Origin: an uncultured delta proteobacterium
GTDB lineage: Bacteria > Myxococcota_A > Polyangia > Polyangiales > Polyangiaceae
Reading direction: 5' to 3'
Length of the DNA: 64,000 nt
Assembly: GCA_963716725.1 (NCBI GenBank)
Contig: CAVQUB010000006.1
Coordinates: 1-64,000 of the forward strand
The notes below the pieces were generated by a model that worked only from the letters and a program-made list of their open reading frames with translations, was not told the DNA's origin and did not search any database. Shown in pieces: positions 10,185-22,373 of the stretch. The translations under genes were made by a program, and so were the position numbers. Every line of letters begins with the position of its first letter. Positions within the stretch are counted from its first letter, which is position 1.

Positions 10185-10576
10185 CCCCGCCCCCACTTCT
10201 CGGCCAGATCGCCGAAGTCGCCAGCGGGGCGCTCGCGGGGATCCTCGAGCCGAGACTCGATGCCACCCTGCACGCCCTCGCCGCCTTCGCCGAAGGCGAT
10301 CACCTCCGTGCGCACATCGGCCAGCACGCCGTCTGGGAGCGTTCCCGCCAGCTCGAGCAACTGCGAGATCACGCTCACGCAGTACGCCGAGTCCCGAGCC
10401 ACCGTGACCGCACCCAAGGTCGCGACTTGATGGCGTTCGACGTCGCCGACCTCCGAGATGCTGACCGGCAGGCGCGCCCGCGCCCGCTCCTTGAAGCTCT
10501 TGACGACCTGGCGTCGATCCTTGAGCGATCGCGCGCCGGGGATCTGCAGAACCAGACGTGCAACGCCGACGAACAT
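10181..10576 (-). CDS. DUF503 (YlxP) family protein
   Basis: MFVGVARLVLQIPGARSLKDRRQVVKS..SISEVG; conserved position between infB and rbfA. Confidence 0.9.
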   Translation of the reverse strand: MFVGVARLVLQIPGARSLKDRRQVVKSFKERARARLPVSISEVGDVERHQVATLGAVTVARDSAYCVSVISQLLELAGTLPDGVLADVRTEVIAFGEGGEGVQGGIESRLEDPRERPAGDFGDLAEKWGRG

Positions 10577-10673
10577 TGGGATCGAATGCTGGGTTGGAAG
10601 CCCCATTCGGCGATCGCCGAGCTTGGAGCCACATCGCGAGTGATTGGCGGAGGCGATCCGGTCGAAACCGGGT

Positions 10674-13356
10674 TCAGAGAGTCTGCTTGACCTCTTCCAT
10701 CTCGAAGAACTCGACGATGTCGCCGTCCTTGAGATCGTTGAAGCCATCGAGTCCGATGCCGCAGTCGAAGCCCTCTTTGACCTCGCGCGCGTCGTCCTTG
10801 AAGCGCTTCAGGCTCGAGACCTTGCCGCTCCAGACGATGGTGCTCTCTCGGACCAGCCGAGCCGTCGCGCTGCGACGCACCAGCCCTTGAACGACCATGC
10901 AGCCGGCGATGGTGCCCGACTTGCTGAGCTTGAAGACCTGACGAACCTCGGCCTTGCCCAGCTCCTTCTCGACCAGCGTCGGCGCCAGCAGCCCTTCCAT
11001 GGCGGCCTTCACGTCGTCGACCACGTTGTAGATGATGCTGTACTGACGGATCTCCACGGCCTCTTGCTGGGCGAGGCTCGAGGCCTTGCCCGCCGGACGC
11101 ACGTTGAAGCCGATGATGATGCCCTTCGCCGCCACCGCCAGGTTCACGTCGCCCTCGGTGATGGCTCCCACCGCCGCGTGCACCACGCTGACTTTGACCT
11201 TCGCGGTGGTGAGCTTCAACAGCGCGTCGCGCAGAGCTTCGACGGAGCCCTGAACATCGGCCTTGATGATCAGCTTCAGCTCGAGCTGGTCGGTCTCGGA
11301 CATGGCCTTCGCCAAGTCTTCCAGGGAGATCCGAGTCATCCCGGGCATCAAGCTGCGACGCTCTTTGGTCCGGCGGCTCTCGGCGATCTCTTGCGCCTTC
11401 TTGACGTCTTTGATGACGTGAACGGGATCGCCGGCCGACGGAACTTCGTCGAGACCGATGACGGACACCGGCATCGACGGGCCTGCCGACGCCACGTTTC
11501 GACCTCGGTCGTCGAGCATTGCGCGGACCTTGCCCCAGGCGGCACCCGCCAGGATGGTGTCGCCGCGGTTCAGCGTGCCGTCTTGGACCAGGATGGTGGC
11601 CACCGGGCCGCGACCTCGGTCGAGTTCGGCCTCGACCACCACGCCGCTCGCCGGGCTTCTCGGGGTTGGCGACGAGTTCGAGCACCTCGGACTGCAGCAC
11701 GACCTTCTCGAGCAAGACGTCGATGCCAGCGCCGGTGCACGGCGCTCACCTCGGAGAACATGGTATCGCCGCCCCACTCCTCGGGGACCAGGCCTTGCTC
11801 GGACAGCTCGCGACGCGCACGCTCGGGCTGCGCGTCGGGCTTGTCGCACTTGTTGACGGCGACGACGATCGGAACCTTCGCCGCCTTCGCGTGATTGAGT
11901 GCCTCGATGGTCTGAGGCATCACGCCGTCGTCGGCGGCGACCACCAGGATCACCAGATCGGTGGTCTGGGCGCCGCGCGCGCGCATGGCAGTGAACGCTT
12001 CGTGACCCGGGGTGTCCAGGAAGGTGATCTTCCCGTGGGGCGTGTCCACTGAGTACGCGCCGATGTGCTGCGTGATGCCGCCGGCTTCACCGGCCACCAC
12101 GTTGGACTTCCGGATCCGGTCCAGGAGGCTGGTCTTGCCGTGGTCGACGTGACCCATGACGGTCACGACCGGAGGTCGAACCACGCTGTTCTCGTCTACT
12201 TCTTCGACGTCGAGGCCCTGGGCCGCGACGAGCGCATCCTCTTCGCTCACTGCGACGTCGGAGACTTCCCAGCCGAACTCGCTGGCGACGATCTTCGCCG
12301 TGTCCGCGTCGAGGGTGCTGTTGATGTTCACGCCGGTCATGCCGAGGCGCATCAGCTTCATCAGCACCTCGGTGGCCTTGATGCCCATGCGACCCGCGAG
12401 GATCTGCAGGTTCACCGAGCCCTCGATCTTGACCACCTTCTTGTGAGCCGAGCGCTCCTGGGTGACGACCTGGCCCGATGCCCTTCGGCTTGGCGAACTG
12501 GCCGATGCCGCGTCCGCGCATGCCGGGGCCCGAGCGCCCTCCCATGGGACCACGCCCCATGCCCATTCCAGGTCCGCCGCGCTGAGTGCGGGCGCCGAGG
12601 CCGGCGCCGGCCTTGGCGTCGTACTGCACGCGTCGCGGAGTTGGCGCCGTGCGCACGGGCATGGTCACTCCAGGTCGACCCTCCCAGACCTCGATGCCGG
12701 TCTTGGGTGGGCTGGACGGGCGCGGCGCCGGAGGCGGCGTCGGGCTCGGCGCGGCCGCGGCCGCGGGCGCGGGCGCCGGGGCGGGCTCCGGCGGCGGTGC
12801 CGCCTCGACAACGGAAGCAGGCGCGGAAGCGGGCGCAGCCGCGACCTCTTGCGGCAGCTCCATCGCCGGCGGCGGCGGCTCGTGGCGCGGCGCGCTCGGC
12901 AGCGCGGCGGCGGCCAAAGGCGGCGCCTCTTCGACGACCGGCGGCGGCTCCATCACCGGCGGCGGCGGCTCGTGACGTGGCGGGCTCGGCAGGGGAGCCG
13001 GCGCCGCTGCCGGCGCTGACTTGAACATCGACCTCGGAGGCCCGCGGCGCCGATGCGGCGACGGGCGAGGACCGGTGAGGCTCGGCAGCGACGTCGGTGA
13101 GCTTCACCTCCGGGGGAGGGGCCGGCGGGCGCGCGGGAGCCCGGCGCTTCACGACTGTGGGGCGGATGCGTTCTTCCTCCGCCTTCGGCGCAGACTGCTT
13201 GTCGAGATGTCGCTTCACGCGCTCGACAGCATCGGGACCCACGACGCTCATGTGGTTGCGCACGTCGGTGACGCCAATTGAATGGAGCAAGGCCACCAGA
13301 GCCTTATTTTCCATGCCCAGATCCCGGGCGATCTCGTAGACACGCATCTTCGTCAT
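10674..13356 (-). CDS. infB: Translation initiation factor IF-2; several frameshifts (about 11660, 11740, 12480, 13030)
   Basis: [12 protein letters not shown]-terminus, [48 protein letters not shown]. Confidence 0.95.
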
Positions 13357-13988
13357 TCCTCCGTGGACAGGTCTGCCCCGGCTCGTCGTCCCGTTTGGGG
13401 CTCAGGCGTATGAGCCCAGTCAATGGCCTTGGCCAGTGCTCGTGCGAGCCCGGAATCGAGCACGGCAACGATGCCCGTCTCGCTTCGGTGCGTCGCTCGT
13501 CCCAACTCGTTCTTCGTCCCCCACCCACGCGCGCGCCCGGCAGCAATTGCCTCCCGCACCTCGTGGGACTCGGCCGCGGTTCGCGCGTCGCTCGCGACAA
13601 TCACCAGGCGCGCCCGGCCACCGGCCAGCGCTTCGGCCACCGCTCCAGCGCCGATTGCCAAGCTTCGGGAGCCTGAACCCGCCATCAACAAACCCACCAC
13701 TCGCCGATTGGCGGCGGCCCGGATCAGCTCGGCGAGCACCCGTGGGTCGACCTCGACGGCAGCCCGGAAGCTCCGCGACAGGCCCTTGTGCGCGGCCGTT
13801 GCCAGACACTCGGGAGCGGGGTGCACCCACGCCGCGCGCCCGCTGCCACTGCCCACGAGCACCGGCGCAAGCGACCCGTCCGGACCCCGCACAAAACGCA
13901 CCAGGTCGTCCGGGGCCGCCTCTTTCTGGCAGCCCACGCAGGTGCGGATCGAGCCGCGCGTCGAGGTAGGTCCGGGCATCGCGAGCAT
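13353..13988 (-). CDS. YlxR/DUF448 domain fused to an L7Ae-like (YlxQ-type) domain
   Basis: RTCVGC..LVRFV..GRAAWVHPAPEC, then GLLMAG..LVIVASDA..GTKNELGRA. Confidence 0.8.
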   Translation of the reverse strand: MLAMPGPTSTRGSIRTCVGCQKEAAPDDLVRFVRGPDGSLAPVLVGSGSGRAAWVHPAPECLATAAHKGLSRSFRAAVEVDPRVLAELIRAAANRRVVGLLMAGSGSRSLAIGAGAVAEALAGGRARLVIVASDARTAAESHEVREAIAAGRARGWGTKNELGRATHRSETGIVAVLDSGLARALAKAIDWAHTPEPQTGRRAGADLSTEE

Positions 13989-14001
13989 CGTCAACGGACC
14001 C

Positions 14002-15762
<1,761 letters not shown>

Positions 15763-15786
15763 TGTCTCCGTGAACTGAGCCGCGGG

Positions 15787-16359
15787 TCAGCGCCCGTGGC
15801 CGGTAGCCCGCCGTGCGGGCCCCTTCCCTTTTGGCTTGCCCTTCTTGGCGCTGCCTCCCCAAGAAAAAGTGAGGCGCCCGCTCTCGATCTGTTCGACTTC
15901 GAGGCTCAGGAGCCCCTGATCGGTCTCGAGCTGCACACGACCCGATTCGTCCAGGCCGTGAAGTGTTCCGTGAATCACCCGCTGACCGCCCAGCGCCTCG
16001 CGCAGCTTGACCTTGGCGGCCTGCCCGGCGAATCGCGAGTAATCAGCGGCCGAGTACAGCGCCCGGTCGAGCCCGGGCGACCCGACCTCGAGCCGATAGG
16101 CGTGCGTCAGCACCTCGGCCACGTCGAGCGCCGCCGAGAGGTCTCGGCTCACGTCGGTGCACAAGTCGAGGGTGATGCCCTCACCCGGCAAGCGGGCCTC
16201 GGGCCTCGAGAGGGTCAGCTCGAGCAGCCAACCGCTCCGGTCCGTCCGCCAGATCAGCTCGACCGCCTCGACGCCGTGCGCACGCAACACGGGCTCCACG
16301 ACGGCGAGCACGCGCTCGCGGTCGAGTCCGGGAAGACGTTCATGGGCGACGAGGTTCAT
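15787..16359 (-). CDS. rimP: Ribosome maturation factor RimP
   Basis: GITLDLCTDVSRDLSAALD..YRLEVGSPGLDRAL. Confidence 0.92.
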   Translation of the reverse strand: MNLVAHERLPGLDRERVLAVVEPVLRAHGVEAVELIWRTDRSGWLLELTLSRPEARLPGEGITLDLCTDVSRDLSAALDVAEVLTHAYRLEVGSPGLDRALYSAADYSRFAGQAAKVKLREALGGQRVIHGTLHGLDESGRVQLETDQGLLSLEVEQIESGRLTFSWGGSAKKGKPKGKGPARRATGHGR

Positions 16360-16452
16360 TGCAGGTTCGGTGGCGACTCGCGAGGCAGAGCACGGCCCCA
16401 CCCCGCGCTCCGGTAGATCCGAATTTTTCGGCCGAAAGCGCGGGACCCGGCC

Positions 16453-16483
16453 AAAAAAAAACGGACCCTAGTAGGGGGTCCGT
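16453..16483 (-). promoter_or_regulatory. rimP leader terminator/attenuator
   Basis: Minus strand ACGGACCC-CCTACTA-GGGTCCGT followed by a run of T, about 100 nt upstream of rimP. Confidence 0.75.
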
Positions 16484-16647
16484 CAGGATCCACCAGAGTT
16501 GTCGGCCGGCTATGTAGCCGACGGTGAGGAGGAGCGCAAGCGGCCCGAAAACCCGTGAGAATTCAGGGGGAAGAAGGGCCCTTCGGCGGCCGGTCCCGGG
16601 GACCTGTGCCCCGGCCCCTGGGGGCCCCGGAGACCGACCCCGGGGGC

Positions 16648-17868
16648 TCAGGCCAGGTTCGGCAGCGTCACCAAGTTCACGTGCAGGACCTCGTCGCTGA
16701 AGGCCATCATCTCGGTCAGGCATGCCTCGCTCGGCCGCGTGTCGGTGCGGATCTTCGCACAGCCTGCGCGTCCGCCCTCGAACACGCTGTTCTCGAGCTC
16801 TTGGATGTTGATCGCGTGGCGCTTCAGCACGCCGAGCACGTTGGCGAGCGCGCCGACCTTGTCGAGGAAGCGCACCACCAAGATGTAGCGGCCGCGGGTG
16901 TTGGCCGCGATGTTCACCACGTTGGGCACGTCGCCCTTGACCATGAAGCTACGCAGGATCCGCACGGTCTCCGCCGCGATGGCGATCTGGGCTTCGTCCG
17001 TGGAAGCGCCGATGTGCGGCGTCGCGTACACCAGACCCGCGTGCAAGATGGCGTTGTCGTAGTCCGCCACGCGAGTGTCGGGCTCGTTCGGCAAGACGTC
17101 GAGGCCGACGCGCAGATCTTTCATCGGGGCGAGCTCGACCAACGCGGGCCAGTCCATGAGGCCAGCGTCCGCGGTGTTCACCAAGATGGCGCCGTTCGGC
17201 AGCGCCGAAATCACCTCCCGCGAGATGACTCCGCGGGTGCGCTCGGTCAGCTCGAGGTGCACGCACAGGATGTCGGAGCGCTTGGCCAACTCCAGCACGT
17301 TCGGCGCCCAGCCCACTCCCAGCTCCGCCGCCCGCGCGGGGACCAGCGAGCGGCTGGTCGCGTGCACATCCATCCCGTAGGCGAGCCCGAGCCGGGCCAC
17401 GGCGCGCCCCACGTGCCCCAAGCCGATGATGCCCAGGCGGCGGCCACAGAGACCCTTGGCCTTGGCGAACTCCTGCTTCTCCCACTTGCCCGCGCGCAAG
17501 CTGTCAATGGCATCGGGGACCCGGCGATCCAAGCACCCGATCAATGTCATCGTCAGCTCTGCCACGCCGGTCGCGTTCTTGCCCGGGCAGTCGGCGACGT
17601 AGATGCCGCGCTCGCTCGCCGTCTTGACGTCGATGCTCTTCACACCCGCGCCAGCTCGGATGATGAGGTTCAGCATCACGCCGGCCTTCATGCACGCCGC
17701 CCGCACCGGGGTGCCGCGTACGATCAGCACGTTGACGTCTTTGACCGCCGCCGGCAGCGCATCGGCTCCCAGCTCCGGCTGATACGAGAGTTCCACCCCC
17801 AGGGTGCGCATCTCGTCGAGCGCAGCCGGGTCCAGCTTGTCCGCGACCAGGACCTTCATGAGGGCCAT
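16648..17868 (-). CDS. D-2-hydroxyacid dehydrogenase, SerA-like, with C-terminal ACT-like domain
   Basis: RAGAG, GLGHVG, DVLPNEP, TPHIGAST. Confidence 0.85.
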   Translation of the reverse strand: MALMKVLVADKLDPAALDEMRTLGVELSYQPELGADALPAAVKDVNVLIVRGTPVRAACMKAGVMLNLIIRAGAGVKSIDVKTASERGIYVADCPGKNATGVAELTMTLIGCLDRRVPDAIDSLRAGKWEKQEFAKAKGLCGRRLGIIGLGHVGRAVARLGLAYGMDVHATSRSLVPARAAELGVGWAPNVLELAKRSDILCVHLELTERTRGVISREVISALPNGAILVNTADAGLMDWPALVELAPMKDLRVGLDVLPNEPDTRVADYDNAILHAGLVYATPHIGASTDEAQIAIAAETVRILRSFMVKGDVPNVVNIAANTRGRYILVVRFLDKVGALANVLGVLKRHAINIQELENSVFEGGRAGCAKIRTDTRPSEACLTEMMAFSDEVLHVNLVTLPNLA

Positions 17869-17895
17869 GCTTTTATCACGAACAGCGCCAGTTTG

Positions 17896-18414
17896 TTATG
17901 GGCCCGTACGCCTGCTGGCAGAACCCCGCGTTCCGATGGCGTAGCGCGCCCCGCAGATCTCCAGGGCCGGCGCGCCGGTCTCCGTCTCCACCAGCAGGGG
18001 CGCGAGGCCGGTTTGGGCCTCCTGCCCGAGCCGCGCCTCGAAGCGTCCACCCTTCACCCGAAGGTAGACCGCGTCGTTTGCTCCGACGACCAGACTGGCG
18101 GGGTCGAGCAATTCCTCGCTGTCGTCGGAGAGCAGCAGACGAACCGCGCTGGGCTCGACCCGGAGAAATCGCACGAAATAGGGAACGTCCTCGACGGTGA
18201 AATACGTCCAGTCCCAGCCGTTGGTGAGGATGAAGCGACCGTCGTCCGGGTGGCGGTCGATCCACGATGCAAAGGCGCGCTGCATCCCCGGGTGCTCGAC
18301 GCGGGCCCCGTCGTGCCAGAAGCTCCCCTCCCCATCGAGCACGATGCTGCTCTCGCGCGAGCGCCCCTCGGGTGCCGGCCACTGAAAAAACTGGGGATGG
18401 TCCCCGGGCTTCAC
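17896..18414 (-). CDS. DUF1285-like protein
   Basis: IVLDGEGSFWHDGARVEH..FTVEDVPYFV..LSDDSEELLDP; GTG start overlaps the upstream stop. Confidence 0.65.
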   Translation of the reverse strand: MKPGDHPQFFQWPAPEGRSRESSIVLDGEGSFWHDGARVEHPGMQRAFASWIDRHPDDGRFILTNGWDWTYFTVEDVPYFVRFLRVEPSAVRLLLSDDSEELLDPASLVVGANDAVYLRVKGGRFEARLGQEAQTGLAPLLVETETGAPALEICGARYAIGTRGSASRRTGP

Positions 18415-20354
18415 TTGCCCTGTTCGATCTCCGCTACCGCACCCGACGACACGACGCCGCGCTGCTCGACGCTGCCCGTCGAGTCCGGCCATCGCACCTC
18501 GACCCCGACCGCCTCGCACGCGCCCACTCCGAAATGCGCGACCAGATCGTTCTGCATTCCGAAATGACCGTAGCCGCCACCCACCTCGCGCACCATCTTG
18601 GTGCCACCGGCGTCGACCGTGACGCGCGCGCCGATCGCGGGGGCGTTGCTGCCGGGAGCACCCTTCAATCGCACCTCGATCCACTTGCCCTTGTTCGACG
18701 CGTCGTTCTCGTAGAGGTGAACCTCGTTGGCCTTCCAGATCTTGCCGCAGTCGCGCGCGGTGCCGGAGCCGACCACCAGATCGAGATCTCCGTCGCGATC
18801 GAAGTCGGCGACCACCAGGCCGCTGGCGCAGGGGTGCTGCAGCCCCCAGGGCTTGCCCTTCTCCTGAAACTTTCCGTCGGCCTGCTGGTGGAACACGTAG
18901 AGGTACTGGTCCGCGTAGTCGCTGGTAGCCACGACTATCTCCTGGCGACCGTCGTGATCGAGGTCGCCGACCGCGGCCATCAAGCCGCCTTCGTTCCAAC
19001 CCGAGGTCGGATGCGGCAGGCTCAGGCCCTGCTCCGCCAGCCCCGCGTGTGCAAACTTGATGGATCCGCCGGAGGGATCCCCGACCAGCAGCGCGCTCGG
19101 ATCGCTGGCTTGTCCAGCCCAGAAGTGCCGGATCTCGGCGTTGTAAAGGTCCATGTTGCCGTCCCCGGTGACGTCCGCGCAGGCGGTGGCAAAGGTATTG
19201 CCGTTGTTGCGCCAGGGCAGCTTGTCGTTCGGGCTGAAGCCCGTGTTCTGGCAGCTGATCATGGGCTGGGGATTGGCTGGGCAGTCCGTGTCGCTGCTGG
19301 TGGTGCAGTAACAAAGGAACATCTGGTTGTCGGTGAAGTCGTGGTTGTCGTCGCCGGCGTACCCACTGGCCTGGCCTTGCTCGACGAACTTGCCGCTGCC
19401 GTCGTTGAGGTAGAGCAGGTTCCACTGCCGGCCATAGGCGCTGACCATGAGGTCAATGTCGCCGTCGCCATCGACGTCGCAGGAGGTCGCGCCGTAGGCC
19501 GGGCGATGATTCGTGCCGCCTTCGAGACCGTAGTCGTCGGTGGTCAGCCCTGCGCTGTCAGTGACCTCGGTGAAGGTCCCGTCGCCGTTGCCCAGGTGAA
19601 GCCGCGCCTGAGTCCCCACGTACGAAGTGCCGTAGCTCTCGTACCAGCCGACCACGAAGAGATCGATCTTGCCGTCGCGGTTCACGTCCGCAAACGTGGC
19701 GCCGCTGGTCGGCAGGCCATTGCTGGAGTGCGGCTCGAGCTTCGGCCCCAGGCTGAAATGACCCTTGCCGTCGTTGAGCATCACCTCGCTGCGGTCCAGG
19801 TCGCCCGGCGTGGGCGGCGACTGCACCTTCTTGTTGTCGGTGAAGGTGCCGCTGAACACGTCGATGTCCCCGTCGTTGTCGACGTCAGCCGCGACGGCCA
19901 GGTGGGCCGAGCGCAGCTCCTTGGCTCCGTCCCGCGTCGCGCCGAAGCCGCTGGCCACGGTCTCGTCGACGAAGGTGCGCCCGCCGTTTTGCCCCGGCCG
20001 ATTCATGAGCACGCGCATCAGCTTGGGCTGTCCCGCTTCGAGCGGATCGCGGGTATTGGTGCTCAGTGAGTGCACGAGCAGGTCGGGATAGCCGTCTCCG
20101 TCGAAATCGGCGGCCACGATGCGATTGCCCACGACGCCCGTGAGCCCCCACTCGGTCGTGCGCTTGGTGAAGGCCGGCTCGCCGCCCACCGCGTGAGCGT
20201 CACAGGCCGGCGGTGCGCCACCAGCTCCGGAGGTGCCGCCGCTGCCACCAGACCCACCACTCCCCGCACCGCCACCGCCCTCAGAGTCGGACCCACACGA
20301 CGCCGACAGGCCAAACAGAGCGAGCACCAAGGACGAAACGATGGTCTTCCGCAT
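18411..20354 (-). CDS. CRTAC1-family lipoprotein (FG-GAP repeats plus ASPIC/UnbV)
   Basis: Lipobox LSASC, multiple DxDGDGxxDL repeats, NAPAIGARV..REVGGGYG..HFGVG. Confidence 0.9.
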   Translation of the reverse strand: MRKTIVSSLVLALFGLSASCGSDSEGGGGAGSGGSGGSGGTSGAGGAPPACDAHAVGGEPAFTKRTTEWGLTGVVGNRIVAADFDGDGYPDLLVHSLSTNTRDPLEAGQPKLMRVLMNRPGQNGGRTFVDETVASGFGATRDGAKELRSAHLAVAADVDNDGDIDVFSGTFTDNKKVQSPPTPGDLDRSEVMLNDGKGHFSLGPKLEPHSSNGLPTSGATFADVNRDGKIDLFVVGWYESYGTSYVGTQARLHLGNGDGTFTEVTDSAGLTTDDYGLEGGTNHRPAYGATSCDVDGDGDIDLMVSAYGRQWNLLYLNDGSGKFVEQGQASGYAGDDNHDFTDNQMFLCYCTTSSDTDCPANPQPMISCQNTGFSPNDKLPWRNNGNTFATACADVTGDGNMDLYNAEIRHFWAGQASDPSALLVGDPSGGSIKFAHAGLAEQGLSLPHPTSGWNEGGLMAAVGDLDHDGRQEIVVATSDYADQYLYVFHQQADGKFQEKGKPWGLQHPCASGLVVADFDRDGDLDLVVGSGTARDCGKIWKANEVHLYENDASNKGKWIEVRLKGAPGSNAPAIGARVTVDAGGTKMVREVGGGYGHFGMQNDLVAHFGVGACEAVGVEVRWPDSTGSVEQRGVVSSGAVAEIEQGK

Positions 20355-20428
20355 GCACTTACCCCAACGAGCGGCGGGTCATAGCACAGCGCTCAGCTCT
20401 GCGCCGCAGGGCCGGAGGGCACGCCAGG

Positions 20429-21862
20429 TCAGTCGGGAACGACATTGGCACCACCGGGCGACGCTCCCGGCGGGGCGTGGTGAACGAAACCGCCGGCTTC
20501 GTCGTCGAGGGTCCAGGGCGCTCGCCGAGCCAGGCTCACGCCGGCCTTCGGCTTTGGGAGCCCGGGGGCTCTCGAGACCACGAGGCCGTCACCTCGGACC
20601 AACTCGAGCGCCTCGCCGGAGTTGGAGAGCCCGTTCTTTCCCAGCGACGCGACGCGCAGCAGTGCCGTGCCCGCCAGCGGCGCGGGGTCAGCGCCGCCAC
20701 CCGCCACGAAGTCGTCGCGGACGACCAGCGCGAACGCGCCCGGCGCGAGCGAATGCAGCGGCAGGGCGACCTCACCTCCGAGGTCCCGGAGCACGAACTC
20801 GGACAGCTCGACCGCCGTGGTCCCATCGTTGTAGAGTTCGACCCACTCTGACGCAGGCTCGGGGCCGAGGGGGTTGGCAAAGACCTCGTTGAGCGCGACG
20901 TGAGGCATGGGAGACGCCATTTCGAGCTGAACGTCCCCGCGGTACACCTCCACGAAGGGATCACGCCCCCAGAGCGAGAGCACTTCGGTCGAGTCGGGGA
21001 CGAGGCCGCGAATGACCAGACGCCCAAGCCCATCCTTGGAATCGAAGCGCACCTGCGTCCCGCGGGTCATGGCCCAGAGCGTCGGCACCGCCGGCGTCCG
21101 CAGCACCGCGCGATCGTCCATGACGCCGATGCAACCGGGCCCAACGCCGATCTCCGAGGGCGAGCAGGCCAGCGCTTCGACGGCGACCGGCGGGCCGGGG
21201 GTGACGGACGCAGGCTCGAACGCGAGACCAAACGCGCCCAGCGGGGGAGCGAGAGGCGCCGGCGTCTCGACGGGCATCGGGCTCGCCAAGCTGATGCAGC
21301 CCGTCCCCGCCTCGACGCGCGCCAGCATCGGAACGCGCCCGGGATCGAGAAACGCAGCCTCGACGGTTCCCGCTTCCGGCACCAGGTCGCCGCAGAAGAG
21401 CCAGTAGTCGGGTGAGGCGGGCTGCTCGGACGGGGGCCAAACGCGCTCGAGGGGCGCGCGAGCCGCACTGACCACGTCGACCACGCCTATCTCACCCTGC
21501 TCCGCGCTCGCCAAGCTGTAGCGCTCGGACAGCTCGAGCGCCGCACGGGGGCTCACCCAGCGCTCACCCTCTACGCTCCAATCGAGCGTCGGAACCCGAC
21601 GCTCGAGCAACGTCTTCGGCAGGTCACGGTTGCGGATCTTGCCCAGGTGGTAGGCGCTCAGCGTCCCACGAAAAAGCAGGACTTCGGCCCCCGTGCCCCC
21701 CAGGAGGAAGCGTGAGACGGGCTGGATCCGACCGTCGATTGGCGCCGGCTCTACGGCAACGAGGGCAGCCTTCGCCCCTCCATGGTCCGACGAGTCCCGC
21801 TCGGGCAGCGGCGCGCGACAGGCCTGCAGCAACGTTAGGGCCAGGAGCGGAACGATTCGCAT
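20429..21862 (-). CDS. Lipoprotein with C-terminal lamin-tail domain
   Basis: Lipobox LLQAC; ALNEVFANPLG..EWVELYN..LSNSGE..SPG. Confidence 0.75.
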   Translation of the reverse strand: MRIVPLLALTLLQACRAPLPERDSSDHGGAKAALVAVEPAPIDGRIQPVSRFLLGGTGAEVLLFRGTLSAYHLGKIRNRDLPKTLLERRVPTLDWSVEGERWVSPRAALELSERYSLASAEQGEIGVVDVVSAARAPLERVWPPSEQPASPDYWLFCGDLVPEAGTVEAAFLDPGRVPMLARVEAGTGCISLASPMPVETPAPLAPPLGAFGLAFEPASVTPGPPVAVEALACSPSEIGVGPGCIGVMDDRAVLRTPAVPTLWAMTRGTQVRFDSKDGLGRLVIRGLVPDSTEVLSLWGRDPFVEVYRGDVQLEMASPMPHVALNEVFANPLGPEPASEWVELYNDGTTAVELSEFVLRDLGGEVALPLHSLAPGAFALVVRDDFVAGGGADPAPLAGTALLRVASLGKNGLSNSGEALELVRGDGLVVSRAPGLPKPKAGVSLARRAPWTLDDEAGGFVHHAPPGASPGGANVVPD

Positions 21863-21931
21863 GCTCGGGCGTCGGGCGGCTGGAGGGTCGGGTTGCGGAA
21901 TTTCCGTGGTCCATGTGTTACACCCGGACGC

Positions 21932-22273
21932 GTGTCCCCCGAAGAGATCAGGGCCCTGCAGAAAGCGCTCCGCTGCTCCGCTGGCGAGCTCGCGCGGGCG
22001 CTGAAGGTGGAGCCCAAGACGGTGGTCCAGTGGGAGTCGGGCGAGCTGTTTCCGACCAAGCGCCACGTCGACAAGATGCGCGAGCTCGAGGGCCTCGGGC
22101 CGAGCGCCATCGTTCGGGCAGCGCGAGCCCCGCGCGCACCGGCCACCTTGTCGCGGCTCGCCGATCCGAAGCTGTGGGAGATCGTGCGAAAGCTCGCGGC
22201 GCACCCGACGTTCTTCGATCAGGTCGCGAGGCTGGCTGCCGAGCACTCGGAGCCGGACGACGAAGCTGGTTGA
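21932..22273 (+). CDS. XRE-family HTH protein
   Basis: EIRALQKALRCSAGELARALKVEPKTVVQWESGELFP. Confidence 0.8.
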   Translation: MSPEEIRALQKALRCSAGELARALKVEPKTVVQWESGELFPTKRHVDKMRELEGLGPSAIVRAARAPRAPATLSRLADPKLWEIVRKLAAHPTFFDQVARLAAEHSEPDDEAG

Positions 22274-22373
22274 GCCGCGCTAGACCGCGGGCTGGTGCCC
22301 GCGCAACTGCGAAGAAGCGCATGCGGCAGAGCCGCGCCGAGAACTCGCGTATCGCGAATTCTGGTGCACGACA

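Noticed and set aside
9081..10430. Long ORFs across the repeat block (449, 257 and 269 aa)
   Set aside because: Open only because the repeats lack stops; they also overlap rbfA on the opposite strand.
16555..20069. Long + strand ORFs (670 and 600 aa) and similar antisense ORFs across the window
   Set aside because: Shadow frames of real high-GC genes, with no recognisable motifs.
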